Shown here: piece by piece, positions 29,396-38,954 of the stretch
Layout: the number at the start of each line of letters is the position of its first letter
Numbering within the stretch: position 1 is the first letter of the stretch
Source of the DNA: Myxococcota bacterium
GTDB lineage: Bacteria; Myxococcota_A; UBA796; UBA2385
DNA length: 64,000 nucleotides
Assembly (NCBI GenBank): GCA_044344255.1
Contig: JBIJDH010000012.1
Location: 96,001-160,000 of the forward strand
Direction of reading: 5' to 3'
Position numbers and translations under genes: made by a program
Notes under the pieces: generated by a model
Seen by the model: only the letters and a program-made list of their open reading frames with translations
Told to the model about the DNA's origin: nothing
The model's database searches: none

Positions 29396-31513
29396 ATGCT
29401 CCTCCTCAGCCTCATCCTCCCGATCGCCGCGGCCGCTCCCCTGTCGACGGCCTGGGGCAACAAGCCCGTGCTCGGCGTGACGCTCGGCCACCGCTGGGAG
29501 CGGCTCGACACCTGCGGCCTCGATCCGGCACGCGCCGCCGAGCTCCGCGCCGTGGCCGAGCAGGTGGAGGCCGAGGCCGAGGCCCTGCGCCGGGAGGGCG
29601 ACCACATCATTCGAGAGGCCGCCCCGGCCGAGCGGGTGGCCCTCCTCGAAGCGCAGGATCAAGCTGGCGCGGTGGCCCGCCTGTCGGCCTGGGAGGCCGC
29701 GGAGGCCGAGCGGCTCGCCGGGGCGGAATTTCCCTGTCTCTGGGCGGCGCTCGAGGCCGACTGGGCGGAGGACCGCGCGCGCGCCCTCGCCGGGCCCACC
29801 TTCCTGCCCTCTCCAACGGCCTCCACCGTGTCCTACACGGTCTTCGCCACCCAGTTCGCCGCTCACACCGACGACGAGGTGGCCATCCCCGACTACTGTA
29901 TCAAGTTCGCCAACCTCGGCTGGGAGACCTGCTCCGCCGGCTACGCGAGCCCCCCGTACAATGTCGTGATCGACCACGACGGCATCAGCCGCGAGATCTA
30001 CGTGGGCGACGTCGGCCCCTGGAACATCGACGACAACTATTGGAACAGCGCAGGAGACCCGAGCCGCCCCCGGCGCCTGTTCACCGATCTGGCCCAGGGG
30101 AGCCCCGAGTCGGCCGCCGCCTATTATGACGACTACAACGGCGGCCAGGACCAGTACGGCCGCGCGGTCTCCAACCCGGCGGGGGTCGATCTGGCGGTGG
30201 ACACCGCGACCACCCTCGGCCTCGCCTATCTGGAGAATGACTGGGTGACGCTCACCTTCCCCTGGGAGGGTTCGGTGATCTACCCCTCCCTCCAGATCTC
30301 GGCGAGCGGCGCGGCCCCGGCCGGACAGCCTGTCGACTCCGTGCCCGACGGCGTCGCCGACGTCTGGGTGGGGCAGGAGTGGGTCCTCTCTCTCCTCGTG
30401 AAGAACGCTGGCACCGAGGCGGCGGGCAACCCGCGGCTGGGCCTGTGGGCCGAGGCGCCCTATCTGTCGGTGGCCCATTGGGAGGTGTACTCGGATTATC
30501 CCTATGGCGACCAGGCCACCTGGAGCCGCTCCGACGCCAATGACCACCCCTCCAACCCCGCGGCCGACGAGCCCGGCTCCACCTTCTCGCTGGAGATCAA
30601 CACCCTGTCGCCGGGAGAGAGCAAGCTCACCGTCCTGACGCTGCGGGCGGCGGAGCCCTCGGTGGGCGCGGTGGATCACCCCGACCTGCGGGCCTGGGTC
30701 TCTCATGTAGACGGATACTACGAGAAGGCCGACTTCGACACGGTCCCCACCAACACCGGCGGATACCAGACCTGGAACGGCGGAGACCTCCGGGCCTACG
30801 TGCAGCACGACGTTCGCTCGTCAGAGACCACCTGGGACTTCGAGGACGGCAGCACCGCCGGCTGGTGGGCCGGCGGCGCGGCGGCGCTCACGGTCGGCGG
30901 CGGAACCCTGAGCCTGTCCCTCTCCGGGGCTGACCCCTCGCTCACCAGCCCGCCGCTCGACGTCACCGCCGAGGACGTCGCCACGGTGCAGATCCTCGCG
31001 CAGGGCGACCTCTCGGGAGAGGGGCGGCTCTATTGGACCACCGCGGAGGCCCCCGACCTCTCCGACGAGCGCTCCCTCCCCTTCACCCTCTCCGCGAGCG
31101 CAGCGCCCGTCGAGCTCAGCCTCTCCACCGTGGGCCTCCCCGGCTGGACCGGCGCGCTCACCCGCCTGCGCCTCGACCCGCTCCCCGAGGGCTCCGGCAC
31201 CTGGGTGATCGACACGCTCAGCCTGCTGTCCGAGGACGGCACCCCCGCCGAGGGTGGGGGCGGGAGCGACGGGGGCGGAGGGGGCCTCGTCGGCGCGCCC
31301 CCGGGCGCGGCCACCCCCTGGGACGAAGTGACGGGGAAGGCCGGCTGCAGCGCCGCCCCGACCCCGCGCGGGGGCGCCGCGGCCACCTGGCTCCTGACCG
31401 TCGTCTGGGCGCGCGCCCTTTGGCGGTCCCGTCGCCACGCGGCGGTCCCCTCCGGCGGAGATCGTGCTTACAATGACGGTGACGCCCCACCTGCCCCGGA
31501 CGCACCATGCTGA
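29396..31513 (+). CDS. Secreted multidomain protein: DPBB/RlpA-like module, Ig- and CBM-like domains, MYXO-CTERM-like tail
   Basis: Signal peptide; DVGPWNIDDNYWN…NPAGVDLA module; RLRLDP beta-sandwich; Gly linker, GCSAAP, TM and RSRR. Confidence 0.65.
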   Translation: MLLLSLILPIAAAAPLSTAWGNKPVLGVTLGHRWERLDTCGLDPARAAELRAVAEQVEAEAEALRREGDHIIREAAPAERVALLEAQDQAGAVARLSAWEAAEAERLAGAEFPCLWAALEADWAEDRARALAGPTFLPSPTASTVSYTVFATQFAAHTDDEVAIPDYCIKFANLGWETCSAGYASPPYNVVIDHDGISREIYVGDVGPWNIDDNYWNSAGDPSRPRRLFTDLAQGSPESAAAYYDDYNGGQDQYGRAVSNPAGVDLAVDTATTLGLAYLENDWVTLTFPWEGSVIYPSLQISASGAAPAGQPVDSVPDGVADVWVGQEWVLSLLVKNAGTEAAGNPRLGLWAEAPYLSVAHWEVYSDYPYGDQATWSRSDANDHPSNPAADEPGSTFSLEINTLSPGESKLTVLTLRAAEPSVGAVDHPDLRAWVSHVDGYYEKADFDTVPTNTGGYQTWNGGDLRAYVQHDVRSSETTWDFEDGSTAGWWAGGAAALTVGGGTLSLSLSGADPSLTSPPLDVTAEDVATVQILAQGDLSGEGRLYWTTAEAPDLSDERSLPFTLSASAAPVELSLSTVGLPGWTGALTRLRLDPLPEGSGTWVIDTLSLLSEDGTPAEGGGGSDGGGGGLVGAPPGAATPWDEVTGKAGCSAAPTPRGGAAATWLLTVVWARALWRSRRHAAVPSGGDRAYNDGDAPPAPDAPC

Positions 31514-32991
31514 TCCTCCTCTCCCTCCTCCTGCCCCTGGTCCGCGCAGAGGTGCCGCCCCCCACGGCGCGCCCGACCTTCCCCGAGGCCCCGCTGAGCG
31601 AGCTCAGCCTGCCCGACGGCACCACCGTGGTGCTCACCGCAGACCACCAGGTGCAGTCCTGGGCCCGCGAGGGCACCGGCTGGAAGCTCGTCTGGAGCCG
31701 CGCCGAGCCCGACGGCGCCAGCCTCTTCCTCGTCGGCGAGCGAGTCTGGGTCGAGCGGCACACCACGACCGCGGCGCCGGTGGAGGGCGCCGGCCCGGGC
31801 TGGGCGGTCTCCACGGCCACCGGCACCAGCCCCGGCAGCGCGGCGGCCGTCGCCTCCGCCTCCCGCTCCTCCCTCGCACGAGGGGCCGTCTCGCGGGCCA
31901 CCCCCGGCGTGGCGGTGGTCGATCTCGGGCGCCGGGACGGCCTCCGCGTGGGCTCCGAGCTCCGCTTCCTCCGCGCCGAGGAGGTGCCGGGCCTCTCCGG
32001 CGAGGGCAGCTCGACCGCCGAGCGCGAGGTGGGCACCGGCACCGTGAGCGCCCTCGAGGACGGCAAGGCCAAGGTCGACATCTCCCGCGGCAGCCGCGTA
32101 GAGAAGGGTGACCTCGCCGAGCCCGCCCCCACCGGCCGCGCCGTCTCGCCGCTGGCCCCCGAGCGCCTCGGCGACCTCGGCGAGGCCGGCGTCATCCTCC
32201 GGCCCACGCTGCCGCTCGACACCCTCGGCGTCGCCTTCGTCAACGAGGCCTGGGCGAGCTGGACCTTCGACGCCCCCTGGTACGCCGAGGTGCGCCTCTC
32301 GCCGGCCGGCTTCGGCTGGAGCCAGGACGGCAACGCCATCTCCGTCGCCGCCGTCGCCGCAGGCGGCCTCGACAACCGCTGGTTCTCGGTCGGCCTCGGC
32401 GCCGGCTGGTCGATGCTCAACCAGGACGTCTCGGTGATGAAGACCGACTACGCCGTGGGGGCAGAAGACGGCGGCGGTTTCTACGAGGAGGTGTCCTTCC
32501 AGGAGGTCGACCGCGCCTTCTCCCTCGCCCAGCAGGCCCGCCTCGGCCCGAAGGACGGCGTGAGCGTGACCGTGCGCAACACCTTCGTCCTCGTCCCCGA
32601 GTACAGCTACGACTACTCCACCTGCGTCTACGACGAGACCTACGACTCCTCCTGCGTGAAGCGCACCGACGAGGGCAAGGCCTTCGCCTTCGGCGGCATC
32701 GCCATGCGCTTCACGCTGCCCGTGGGCCAGCGCACCGACCTCTTCGGAGACTGGGGCACCGGCAAGGCGGGCGCCACCTGGGTCACCGGCGGCGTCTCGA
32801 CCTGGATCCGCGGCAACGGCGACCGCGGCAGCCTCGCCCTCGAGGTGGCCGCCGGCTACGGCGAGGTGGTGGGGAGCCCGAACAAGCGGAACATCTCGCT
32901 CGGAGGTCCGCTCGTGAGCGCCGGGGTCCGCTGGCGCTTCGGCGTCGATCGAGACCCGAAGGCCCCGCCGGCCGAGCCGCCGGCGAAGTAG
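31507..32991 (+). CDS. Secreted / outer-membrane protein of unknown function
   Basis: Signal peptide; VVDLGRRDGLRVG (FlgT-C-like) segment; alternating beta-strands ending GVRWRF. Confidence 0.6.
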   Translation: MLILLSLLLPLVRAEVPPPTARPTFPEAPLSELSLPDGTTVVLTADHQVQSWAREGTGWKLVWSRAEPDGASLFLVGERVWVERHTTTAAPVEGAGPGWAVSTATGTSPGSAAAVASASRSSLARGAVSRATPGVAVVDLGRRDGLRVGSELRFLRAEEVPGLSGEGSSTAEREVGTGTVSALEDGKAKVDISRGSRVEKGDLAEPAPTGRAVSPLAPERLGDLGEAGVILRPTLPLDTLGVAFVNEAWASWTFDAPWYAEVRLSPAGFGWSQDGNAISVAAVAAGGLDNRWFSVGLGAGWSMLNQDVSVMKTDYAVGAEDGGGFYEEVSFQEVDRAFSLAQQARLGPKDGVSVTVRNTFVLVPEYSYDYSTCVYDETYDSSCVKRTDEGKAFAFGGIAMRFTLPVGQRTDLFGDWGTGKAGATWVTGGVSTWIRGNGDRGSLALEVAAGYGEVVGSPNKRNISLGGPLVSAGVRWRFGVDRDPKAPPAEPPAK

Positions 32992-33130
32992 GGCGCCCGA
33001 ACGACGAACCGGGGCGGTCCCCGTCGGCGCGGCCCCTCCGGCGCGGTGGAGGTCACCTCTGTCCACGTCTGGCGTCCTGTCGCGGACCGTCTCCCGCGAC
33101 AGGCCCCCGAGGGCGGCATAGGGAGCCTCC

Positions 33131-33769
33131 ATGACGCGCATCGCCGTGATGGACTTCGAGACGACGGGCCTCTCCCCTCTCCAGGGAGACCGCGCCACCG
33201 AGATCGCGATCCTCCTCATCGAAGGCGGCCAGGTGGTGGATCGGTACGTGAGCCTGATGAACGCCGGGGTGGCCGTCCCGGCGCACATCACCAACCTCAC
33301 CGGCATCTCCACCGCCATGGTCCGCGCGGCGCCTCCAGCGGCCACGGTGATGCGGGAGGCCCTCCGCAGGGTCGGCACATCGCCCATCGTCGCCCATAAC
33401 GCCTCGTTTGACCGGCGCTTCTGGATGGCCGAGGCGAACCACGTCCAAGCTCCGGCGACGAACGACTTCATCTGTACGATGCTGCTGGCCCGCCGTCTGT
33501 ACCCCGACGCGGCGAACCACCAGCTCGGGACCCTCGTTGACCTCCACCGCCTCCCCCGCCCCGGCGCCGCCCATCGGGCCCTCGCCGACGCCGAGATGGC
33601 CGCCTCCCTGCTGGCCCGGATGCAGCACGACCTCCGGCAGCAGCACCGGATCACCGAGCCCGACCCCGCGCTGCTCAAGCGCCTCCAGGCCTGCCCGACT
33701 CGGAGGGTCCCGGCCTTCCTGGCCCTGAGCGCCGCTCCGCTCGCGGCGCCCCGGGCGCGGGGGCGCTGA
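33131..33769 (+). CDS. DEDDh 3'-5' exonuclease (DnaQ-like)
   Basis: DFETTG, AHNASFD, AHRALADA. Confidence 0.9.
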   Translation: MTRIAVMDFETTGLSPLQGDRATEIAILLIEGGQVVDRYVSLMNAGVAVPAHITNLTGISTAMVRAAPPAATVMREALRRVGTSPIVAHNASFDRRFWMAEANHVQAPATNDFICTMLLARRLYPDAANHQLGTLVDLHRLPRPGAAHRALADAEMAASLLARMQHDLRQQHRITEPDPALLKRLQACPTRRVPAFLALSAAPLAAPRARGR

Positions 33770-33907
33770 CGGGCGGGGGCCGAATGGGGCAAGTTGGGGC
33801 CGACACTTGTTAGGAGTAACAATCAGTCCCCGGCACCGAGTCCACTTTCAATGGGCAGAGAGCGCCTACCACCGAGCATACACGGACTACCATCGCGCAT
33901 CTGAGCG

Positions 33908-35206
33908 TCACCCTCGAAAGTGATCAGCATCGTTTTCGATTCGGTTGTTTCCAGAGGCTGTGATGGGCGGCAGGACTGGCACCAGTTCGGGCATCCGCCG
34001 ACAAGCAAAGTAGGCTTCAGCCACAGTTTCGAAGTCGGTCAAAACCACCCAGACTCGCCCAAAGGCGTGCGGATGATCAGCTTCCTGATCGATGACGTGG
34101 TCCCCGAAAACGTCTACGACTGCCTTCCCACCGACACACGGGAGCATGAACACAGACACAACGTCGCGAATGGGCACATCTCCATGTCCAGACTCGACGC
34201 TTGCAAACCACCGATAGAGCAACTGCTTCGCCAGAGACTCTGTGGCAGGTGGTTTTTCTTTGTGGTAGTGCTTTGCATCCACAACATACCGCAGCCCACC
34301 TGAGTCTACGACAAAATCAGGGAGAAGGCGCAGTCCTGCCATTCTTCTCCCGTCGCGCATCCTATATGTGCCACCGGGAATTCCGAGTGGGCGACCTCCC
34401 ATCACCTCCCGCAACATCGCCTCCCAGACCATAGGAAAGTTCGGCGCCCATAGAGCAGAAACGTCAGACTGGCGGGAGTTCCCTGGGGCAGAGGTCCTAG
34501 TCCAATAATGGCGCAACCAACGCGCCACCAATCGGTGGCGATCTGCATAAAGGTTCTTTTCACAGCGATCAAGAACCGAGACCGCCTCGGTCGAGGTCCA
34601 ACGCCGACCCTCCACAAAGCCTCGCCCGAGAGCTCCGCCGATCGCCGCGCAGGTGTCGAGGTGAAGTTGCGTGAAGAGATCCTCTGGATCGATTCCGTGG
34701 CGGGAGCGCCAGTGCGGGTGGGTCAGGACCTCCGCCCCATCGACGACGTGGAAACCACGTTGCTGCGTCTTCGCCCAATGGATGCGACCCTGTCGACGCG
34801 GTGAGACGTCGGTACTCGCAACGTACAGGCCACCGTTGCGCTTGGCGTCCTCGGCCAAAAGAAGGGAAGTCTCAAGCCAGGCCAAAGAGTCATCTACTGC
34901 TCCCACCTCACGCAGTCCAACTTCGCCCCAGTTCTGTTCTACCGCCCTCAGATCGGCCCGGAGCCGATAGCGATTCAGTGCTCGGAGAAGGACAAGCGCG
35001 GCCTGCAGAGCGGCGGGGCCCTCCGTTTCAGACCCACGATAGCAGCGAGGCAGGACTATTCGAACCGCGCCGTCTGCAATGTAGACACCCGGAGCGTCAC
35101 AGATCACAGAGCCATCGGGCTCAGTGCGCCAGGGGCCTGACGGGCCGACGAATCGATCTGTGGTAAACCACGCCGCGGCCGGTTGCCCTGCGACAAGTAC
35201 ACTCAT
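33908..35206 (-). CDS. McrC/LlaJI-family PD-(D/E)XK restriction endonuclease subunit
   Basis: GRIHWAKT, FPMVWEAML, LLPDFVV…VVDAKHY…KQLLY; ATG overlaps the stop of the restored McrB frame. Confidence 0.85.
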   Translation of the reverse strand: MSVLVAGQPAAAWFTTDRFVGPSGPWRTEPDGSVICDAPGVYIADGAVRIVLPRCYRGSETEGPAALQAALVLLRALNRYRLRADLRAVEQNWGEVGLREVGAVDDSLAWLETSLLLAEDAKRNGGLYVASTDVSPRRQGRIHWAKTQQRGFHVVDGAEVLTHPHWRSRHGIDPEDLFTQLHLDTCAAIGGALGRGFVEGRRWTSTEAVSVLDRCEKNLYADRHRLVARWLRHYWTRTSAPGNSRQSDVSALWAPNFPMVWEAMLREVMGGRPLGIPGGTYRMRDGRRMAGLRLLPDFVVDSGGLRYVVDAKHYHKEKPPATESLAKQLLYRWFASVESGHGDVPIRDVVSVFMLPCVGGKAVVDVFGDHVIDQEADHPHAFGRVWVVLTDFETVAEAYFACRRMPELVPVLPPITASGNNRIENDADHFRG

Positions 35207-36775
35207 GGAGCTTGGGGACGCATGCGCGCAGTAACAACTTCGCTAAACACCGGCCGACCATCACTATGTCGTCGAACGAGCTGATCGTAGGTCCGAACGT
35301 CCGAATGGAACACCTGCCCCTGCCGCTGCGAGTCACGGAACACTTCCGACCAAAGGTAGTTCAGCACCTTTGAACGAAATTTGTACGTCAGCGACATAGT
35401 CTCCTCCCGGTGACGGTTGGACGAACCAAGGTCCCATCTGCTTGTCATCACTTCGTGTATGCTCAACGATGGCTTCGTTTATGGCTCGCGCGAAGTCTAC
35501 CCACGCCACACCATTGCGGTCGCCAGAGTGTAGGCGCACTCTGGTGCGTAGGAGAACGGTGGTCTCGACCCCTACGTACTGGAGCCCCCAACGACGCCGA
35601 AACGCGGTGTCCATCGGAAACAAGCTCTGATCCGAGGTGTTCATCGTCGCGTAGAGGTACAGATTCCCAGGAAGCCGGAGACGCCCGTCAGCCCAGCACG
35701 GAGAAGGCGAGGCGCTTAGTTGCTCGTCAAGCCAAGCCTTCCACTCGGCGCTTGGGACGATGGGGTACTCACTGCGGCCCCGCTCTCCGGACTCTCCGTC
35801 GCGGACCCTATCGAGAAGTTGGAACACGTCACCGAAAATGGCGGCGCAGTTTCCCCGATTGATTTCCTCCACCACGACCACCACAGCATCCTGTGGATTC
35901 TTCAAGGCACGCAGAAGCGCACAACTGAACGGTCCAGGATCAAAGGCATAGTACACACGAGGTTCCCGGGCGACATGGGAACGTCTATCAGCATCCATGA
36001 AGTCATTGAGAGACTTCATCCATCCGACGCGCGGCTTGTATGTACCCACGAAATCGAAGTATGAGTACTCAGGGTGAAACGTGACCCGGAACACCCGATC
36101 ATCGGAAGCGCGGAGGTGCGACTTGACTATCTGCTGGACTTGAAAGCTCTTTCCGGTCCCAGGCGGTCCGAAAAAAATCAGGTTATAGTACTGGTCCCAC
36201 GCAACATTTGCCGACGCGGTTTCGACGCCTGGAGATTCTTCAACGACCTCTTCAGGGTCGGATGACCCGTCGGATGCCCCATCGTCCTGGATCGTCCGTG
36301 GCGTGTCGATACCGAGCAACGGCGCTAAGTCGTACGCCGATGCGAACGGCTTTCTGAACGATGCAAATCTATCACGCACGGACGGATCGACAACTGTTCG
36401 GAGGGCTTCAAGCTTGAACTGTAGCCCCGAATACACGTTTAGATTGATAGTCTGCCGCCTCGTCGCACCGATCGGAACAAGAGTCGCCACAACTGCAGTG
36501 TAGAGGGAGACAGTTCTCCCGACGGCCGACCGCACCGCAGCCGCATTGGTCATCCAGTTTCGCCGCTGCCGCTCCTCTGTCACCCGTTCGAAGAGTACTG
36601 CTTGGTCGACCCGGTCCAGCAGCGCGAGGAGGTGGTCCCCCACCGGCACCCGCGGCTCGCCCGCCACAAGTTCGACGGGCAGGCGCAGGTCTTCCCGGCG
36701 GCGATAGTACATATCGAAGTGCAACGAAGTGTTCTCGCCGGCGAGCCGAGTCCAGAAGTCTTCATTCCAGCTCAC
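35203..36775 (-). pseudogene. McrB-family AAA+ GTPase with a single-base frameshift near 35380
   Basis: GPPGTGKS, VTFHPEYSYFDFVG, EEINRGN, ATMNTSDQSLFPMDTAFRRRW. The family C-terminus FRSKVLNYLWSEVF continues in the +1 frame after GTA CAA A TTT. Confidence 0.85.
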
Positions 36776-36990
36776 TTGTCACCTCTGGAACAGATCGGGT
36801 AGCGAAGCCCTGAGCAGACCAGACCGGGTCACACTGCAAGTAGATCGCCGTAAATTGTCCGGCAACGAAGCGAACCATCCTCAACGCAGCCTCGACACTC
36901 GGATCCGGCGGTGACCTTGTTTGGGCCAGCGCACATCTTCTATAACGGGTCCCTGGCGATCACCTTTCTTCAACGAACTGCGTCAGCGGC

Positions 36991-38817
36991 TCACCCCTGG
37001 AAGTAGAAATAGCTCACCGGCGCCCACTCCGTGCCGGAGCCGCTCGTGCCGCGCACCGACCAGGCGTACCAAGTGTCGCCCACCGAGGGCCAGAAGGTCT
37101 TGCTGCCGGTGGTGGTGGTGTAGCCGTAGTAGTACTGCCAGTCGGAGCCGTCGTACCACCAGAGCTTCACCTCGTACTTCGAGGAGGCGCCGGTCCAGGA
37201 GAGGGCGACCGACTCGGTGGTCACGGTCTCTTCGCCGGTGGGGTCGAGGCGGGTGGGGGCGCTGCTCGAGGTCGTGGTGGTGGTGGTGGTGGTGGTGGTC
37301 GTGGTGGTCGTCGTGGAGCCGGAGCTCGCGACGAGGGCGACGCTGCCCCAGTTCGTGTAGCCGGCGTCGACGCGGGTCTCGACGGCGGCGGTGGTGTAGC
37401 CCGACGCGCTCACCGTGATGCCCACCTGCCCGGCTACCACGTCGTCGATGGTGTAGAGGCCGGTGCTGTTGGTGGTGCCGCTCTGCCCGGTGGAGAGGGT
37501 GACCGTGGCGCCGGCGATGGGGGCGGCGGTGTTGTAGATGCTGTCCTTGCGCACGAAGCCGATGAGGTCGCCCGTGGACGCGCTGCTCTCGGTGGTGCTG
37601 CCCGAGCCCGTGCTGCCCGTTGAGCCGGAGCCGCCGCCGCTCTCGGTGCTGCCGGTGCTGCTCGTGGCGGTCAGGCGGCCCATGAGGTCGTCCCAGTCGA
37701 AGCCGGTGCCCGGGTCGGTGTGGCAGCTCCGGCCGCCGCCGGTGCCGTAGGAGCAGCCGGGGACCTCGGTGTGGCCGATGATGTGGCTGCGGTCGAGGCT
37801 CACGCCCTGGCGGGCCGAGATGTCCAGGATGAGCGAGGAGAGCGAGCGCATCATCGGCTCGGTGTACCAGGTCTCGGGGTGCTCGATGTAGCCCTCGAGC
37901 TCGATGCTCACGCTGCGGGCGTTCGTGCCCGAGTCGCCGGCGTGCCAGGCCTTGTCGGCCTCGAGCACCATCTGGGTGATCTCGCCGTCGGAGGCGCGGA
38001 TCACGTAGTGGGCGCTCGCCCCGGCAGAGCAGTTCTGGAACCAGTTGTAGGTGCCGGTGTAGCTGCCCTGGGCGGTGTGGACGACGATCTGGTCAATCGT
38101 GCTGCTCGAGCGGCTGTCGTTTGTGTAGTTGCAGGAGGAGGCGGGGACGTAGTTGGCGATGAGCGCGGAGTCCCCGGCGGAGGCGCCGCCGCTCGTGAAG
38201 AGGAGGTCGAGGTCGAGCATCGGCACGTCGACCGGCCGGCTCTCGATGAAGATGCGCTCGCCGTCTGCGGTCTCGACGTCGAGGCCGCCCTCGATCCAGC
38301 GATAGACCTGGGCGGCATAGGAGCGCTGCGCCCCGCCGTCGCCGGAGCCCGAGTACCAGCCGACCACCTCGGCCCAGTCGCTCACGTCGTTGAATTCGAG
38401 GCCGGTCTCGATCGCGAGCTGGTCCGCCTTCCAGCGGAGCTCGCTGGCCGCGGCGAGGATGTTGGCGGCGTCGTCGTGCTGGAGGACCTCGGGCGCGACG
38501 CCGAGGCGGGCCGCGGCGCGGTCGAGGTTGGGGCCGCCGTTCGGGCGGCCGGCCTCGAGGTCCATCAGGCCGTAGCCCCGGGTGCCGCCGTGCTCGTGAT
38601 CGCCCTCGACCTCGTCTTGGAGGCGGGTCTGGCTGTAGGCCAGGGAGACGAGGAGGTCTCGCGGGACGTCGTACTGCTTCGCCGCGGCCTGGAAGGCCTC
38701 GTCGAGGCTCGCCGGCTCCGCGGGGGCCGTGGCGGCGGGCGCGCAGGCCGCGACGAGGAGCGCGGGCAGCAGGCGCAGGAGGAGAGGCGAACGGAGGGCC
38801 GGAGCGGTGCGGTGCAT
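36991..38817 (-). CDS. Lipoprotein peptidoglycan hydrolase: lysozyme/SLT-like domain, Amidase_2, carboxypeptidase-regulatory-like domain, Thr-rich linker
   Basis: Lipobox VAAC; FQAAAKQYDVP…YGLM; IVVHT, SAHY, AWHAG, SIELEG, IIGH, HTDPG. Confidence 0.85.
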   Translation of the reverse strand: MHRTAPALRSPLLLRLLPALLVAACAPAATAPAEPASLDEAFQAAAKQYDVPRDLLVSLAYSQTRLQDEVEGDHEHGGTRGYGLMDLEAGRPNGGPNLDRAAARLGVAPEVLQHDDAANILAAASELRWKADQLAIETGLEFNDVSDWAEVVGWYSGSGDGGAQRSYAAQVYRWIEGGLDVETADGERIFIESRPVDVPMLDLDLLFTSGGASAGDSALIANYVPASSCNYTNDSRSSSTIDQIVVHTAQGSYTGTYNWFQNCSAGASAHYVIRASDGEITQMVLEADKAWHAGDSGTNARSVSIELEGYIEHPETWYTEPMMRSLSSLILDISARQGVSLDRSHIIGHTEVPGCSYGTGGGRSCHTDPGTGFDWDDLMGRLTATSSTGSTESGGGSGSTGSTGSGSTTESSASTGDLIGFVRKDSIYNTAAPIAGATVTLSTGQSGTTNSTGLYTIDDVVAGQVGITVSASGYTTAAVETRVDAGYTNWGSVALVASSGSTTTTTTTTTTTTTTTSSSAPTRLDPTGEETVTTESVALSWTGASSKYEVKLWWYDGSDWQYYYGYTTTTGSKTFWPSVGDTWYAWSVRGTSGSGTEWAPVSYFYFQG

Positions 38818-38954
38818 GGACGTCCTCGACGCCGCCAGCCTCGCCCTTTCTGTGCAGCCCGGTCAAGCGGGTGCACACAAGTTCGTCACAATTCTCGCCG
38901 TCGTCTCCCGCAGCCGCCCGCGGGTGCCGCCGATCTGCGGGGCGGCGCTGCCGA

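Larger units (their letters stand above)
33780..36960. other. Lower-GC horizontally acquired defence islet (McrBC/LlaJI-like)
   Basis: Abrupt, visible drop in GC and GC3 relative to both flanks; contains only the two restriction genes and no integrase. Confidence 0.75.

Noticed and set aside
33131..33769. DEDDh exonuclease as part of the defence islet
   Set aside because: Host-like GC and codon usage, opposite strand, common stand-alone family.
33823..34008. 61-aa ORF overlapping the mcrC end
   Set aside because: No motif or RBS; cannot be supported as a gene or as a second frameshift.
35203..35466. Independent 87-aa gene between mcrB and mcrC
   Set aside because: Its C-terminal ~58 residues are the frameshifted McrB tail.
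37271..37316. (GTG)n microsatellite
   Set aside because: Encodes the in-frame poly-Thr linker of the amidase; a triplet unit cannot switch frame.
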